Assembly: GCF_001457615.1 (NCBI RefSeq)
Contig: NZ_LN831024.1
Location: 2,400,001 to 2,432,000 of the forward strand
Reading direction: 5' to 3'
Source of the DNA: Pseudomonas aeruginosa
Lineage (GTDB): Bacteria; Pseudomonadota; Gammaproteobacteria; Pseudomonadales; Pseudomonadaceae
DNA: 32,000 nt
Part shown: positions 31,013 to 32,000 of the stretch, piece by piece
How the letters are laid out: each line of letters begins with the position of its first letter
Numbering within the stretch: the stretch's first letter is position 1
The notes under the pieces: model-generated
Told to the model about the DNA's origin: nothing
Databases searched by the model: none
What the model saw: only the letters and a program-made list of their open reading frames with translations
Made by a program: the position numbers and the translations under genes

Positions 31013-32000
31013 TCACTTGCCGGTCTTCACCGTGTTCCAGGTGCGCGTGCGCACGCGGTCGATCTTCTGCGGCATGGATTCCAGGGCGAACAGCTTGGCC
31101 ATCTTCTCCTGCGGCGGGTAGATCGCCGGGTCGGTCTTGATCTCGGCGTCCACCAGCGGGTCGGCGGCCAGGTTGCCGTTGGCGTAGTGCACATGGTTGC
31201 TGATCGCGGCCATCACCTCGGGACGCAGCAGGTAGTTCATGAAGGCGTAGCCGGCCTTCTCGTCGGGCGCATCGACCGGCATCGAGACCATGTCGAACCA
31301 CAGCGGCGAGCCTTCCTTCGGCGTCGAGTAGCGCACTTCCACGCCGTTGTTGGCCTCCTTGGCGCGGGTCGCGGCCTGCAGGATGTCGCCGGAGAAACCG
31401 ACCACCATGCAGATCTCGCCGTTGGCCAGGTCGCTGACGTACTTCGAGGAGTGGAAGTAGCGGATGTACGGGCGCACCTTCAGCAACGCCGCCTGGGCCT
31501 GCTTGTAGTCGTCGGCCTTCTGGCTGTGGTGTGGCAGGCCGAGGTAGTTGAGGGTGATGGGCAGCAGCTCGGGGCCGTTGTCCAGCACCGCCACCCCGCA
31601 CTTGCTCAGTTTCTGCATGTATTCGGGCTTGAAGAAGATATCCCAGGAGTCCAGCGGCGCGTCGTCGCCGAGCACCGCCTTGATCTTCGCCGGGTTGTAG
31701 CCGATGCCGGTGGTGCCCCAGAGGTAGGGGAAGCCGTACTGGTTGCCCGGATCGTTGACCTCCAGGGCCTTGAGCAGCACCGGGTTGAGGTTCTTCCAGT
31801 TGGGCAACTGGGACTTGTCCAGCTTCTTCAGGGCGCCGGCCTGGATCTGCTTGGCCATGAAGTGGTTCGACGGGAATACCACGTCGTAGCCGGATTGGCC
31901 GGTCATCAGCTTGCCGTCGAGGGTCTCGTTGCTGTCGTAGACGTCGTAGGTGGCCTGGATGCCGGTTTCCTTGGCGAAGTTCGCCACGGTTTCGGGAGCG
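31013..32000 (-). CDS. Periplasmic spermidine/putrescine (polyamine) ABC-transporter substrate-binding protein, 5' end beyond the window
   Basis: ...APETVANFAKETGIQATYDVYDSNETLDGKLMTGQSGYDVVFPSNHFMAKQI...WGTTGIGYN... is PotD/PotF-like. The frame is open to nt 32000, and the listed Met at 31987 is an internal GTG. Confidence 0.85.
   Translation of the reverse strand, partial: APETVANFAKETGIQATYDVYDSNETLDGKLMTGQSGYDVVFPSNHFMAKQIQAGALKKLDKSQLPNWKNLNPVLLKALEVNDPGNQYGFPYLWGTTGIGYNPAKIKAVLGDDAPLDSWDIFFKPEYMQKLSKCGVAVLDNGPELLPITLNYLGLPHHSQKADDYKQAQAALLKVRPYIRYFHSSKYVSDLANGEICMVVGFSGDILQAATRAKEANNGVEVRYSTPKEGSPLWFDMVSMPVDAPDEKAGYAFMNYLLRPEVMAAISNHVHYANGNLAADPLVDAEIKTDPAIYPPQEKMAKLFALESMPQKIDRVRTRTWNTVKTGK

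Noticed and set aside
1-32000. Search for CRISPR arrays, tRNA/rRNA genes, integrases and att-like long direct repeats
   Set aside because: I saw no regularly spaced direct repeats, no cloverleaf-compatible or rRNA-like segments, and no tyrosine/serine recombinase motifs. The only mobile element recognised is the IS at 7523-8759.

Overview
This is a high-GC window, Pseudomonas aeruginosa-like by composition and gene content. From memory, unverified, the right half resembles the cpo (PA2717) neighbourhood read in reverse.

nt 1 to ~9340 is a visibly less GC-rich mosaic accessory island containing:
- a 5'-truncated McrC-like DUF2357/PD-(D/E)xK nuclease
- a convergent 1289-aa HTH-fused protein with two tandem DNA-methyltransferase modules
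- an orphan PD-(D/E)xK C-terminal fragment
- a CoiA-like zinc-ribbon/coiled-coil protein with a small partner ORF
- an IS3-family (IS407-group) element with an extra frameshift in orfB and no target duplication
- a SymE-family type I toxin

nt 9343-19526 is a very GC-rich, translationally coupled four-gene minus-strand operon. It encodes a Clp-D2-like AAA+ ATPase, a glycyl-radical-activase-like radical SAM protein, a 2098-aa zinc-ribbon/degenerate-kinase/SF1-helicase/REase-like giant and a 450-aa coiled-coil protein. I cannot assign it to any named system. It is the best candidate here for an undescribed conflict or defence system.

nt 19.6-32 kb looks like ordinary housekeeping or stress genes:
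- a MerR regulator with three 19-bp-spacer promoters sharing one palindrome, in front of DJ-1/PfpI, chloroperoxidase-type hydrolase and OYE flavin reductase genes; the OYE gene is frameshifted in a C-run
- a ferredoxin plus molybdopterin oxidoreductase operon, divergent from an HxlR regulator, with two AGTTCC-N5-GGAACT palindromes between them
- a DMT transporter and a truncated polyamine-binding protein

I saw no rRNA, tRNA or CRISPR array. Most long alternate-frame ORFs in the GC-rich part are compositional artefacts.
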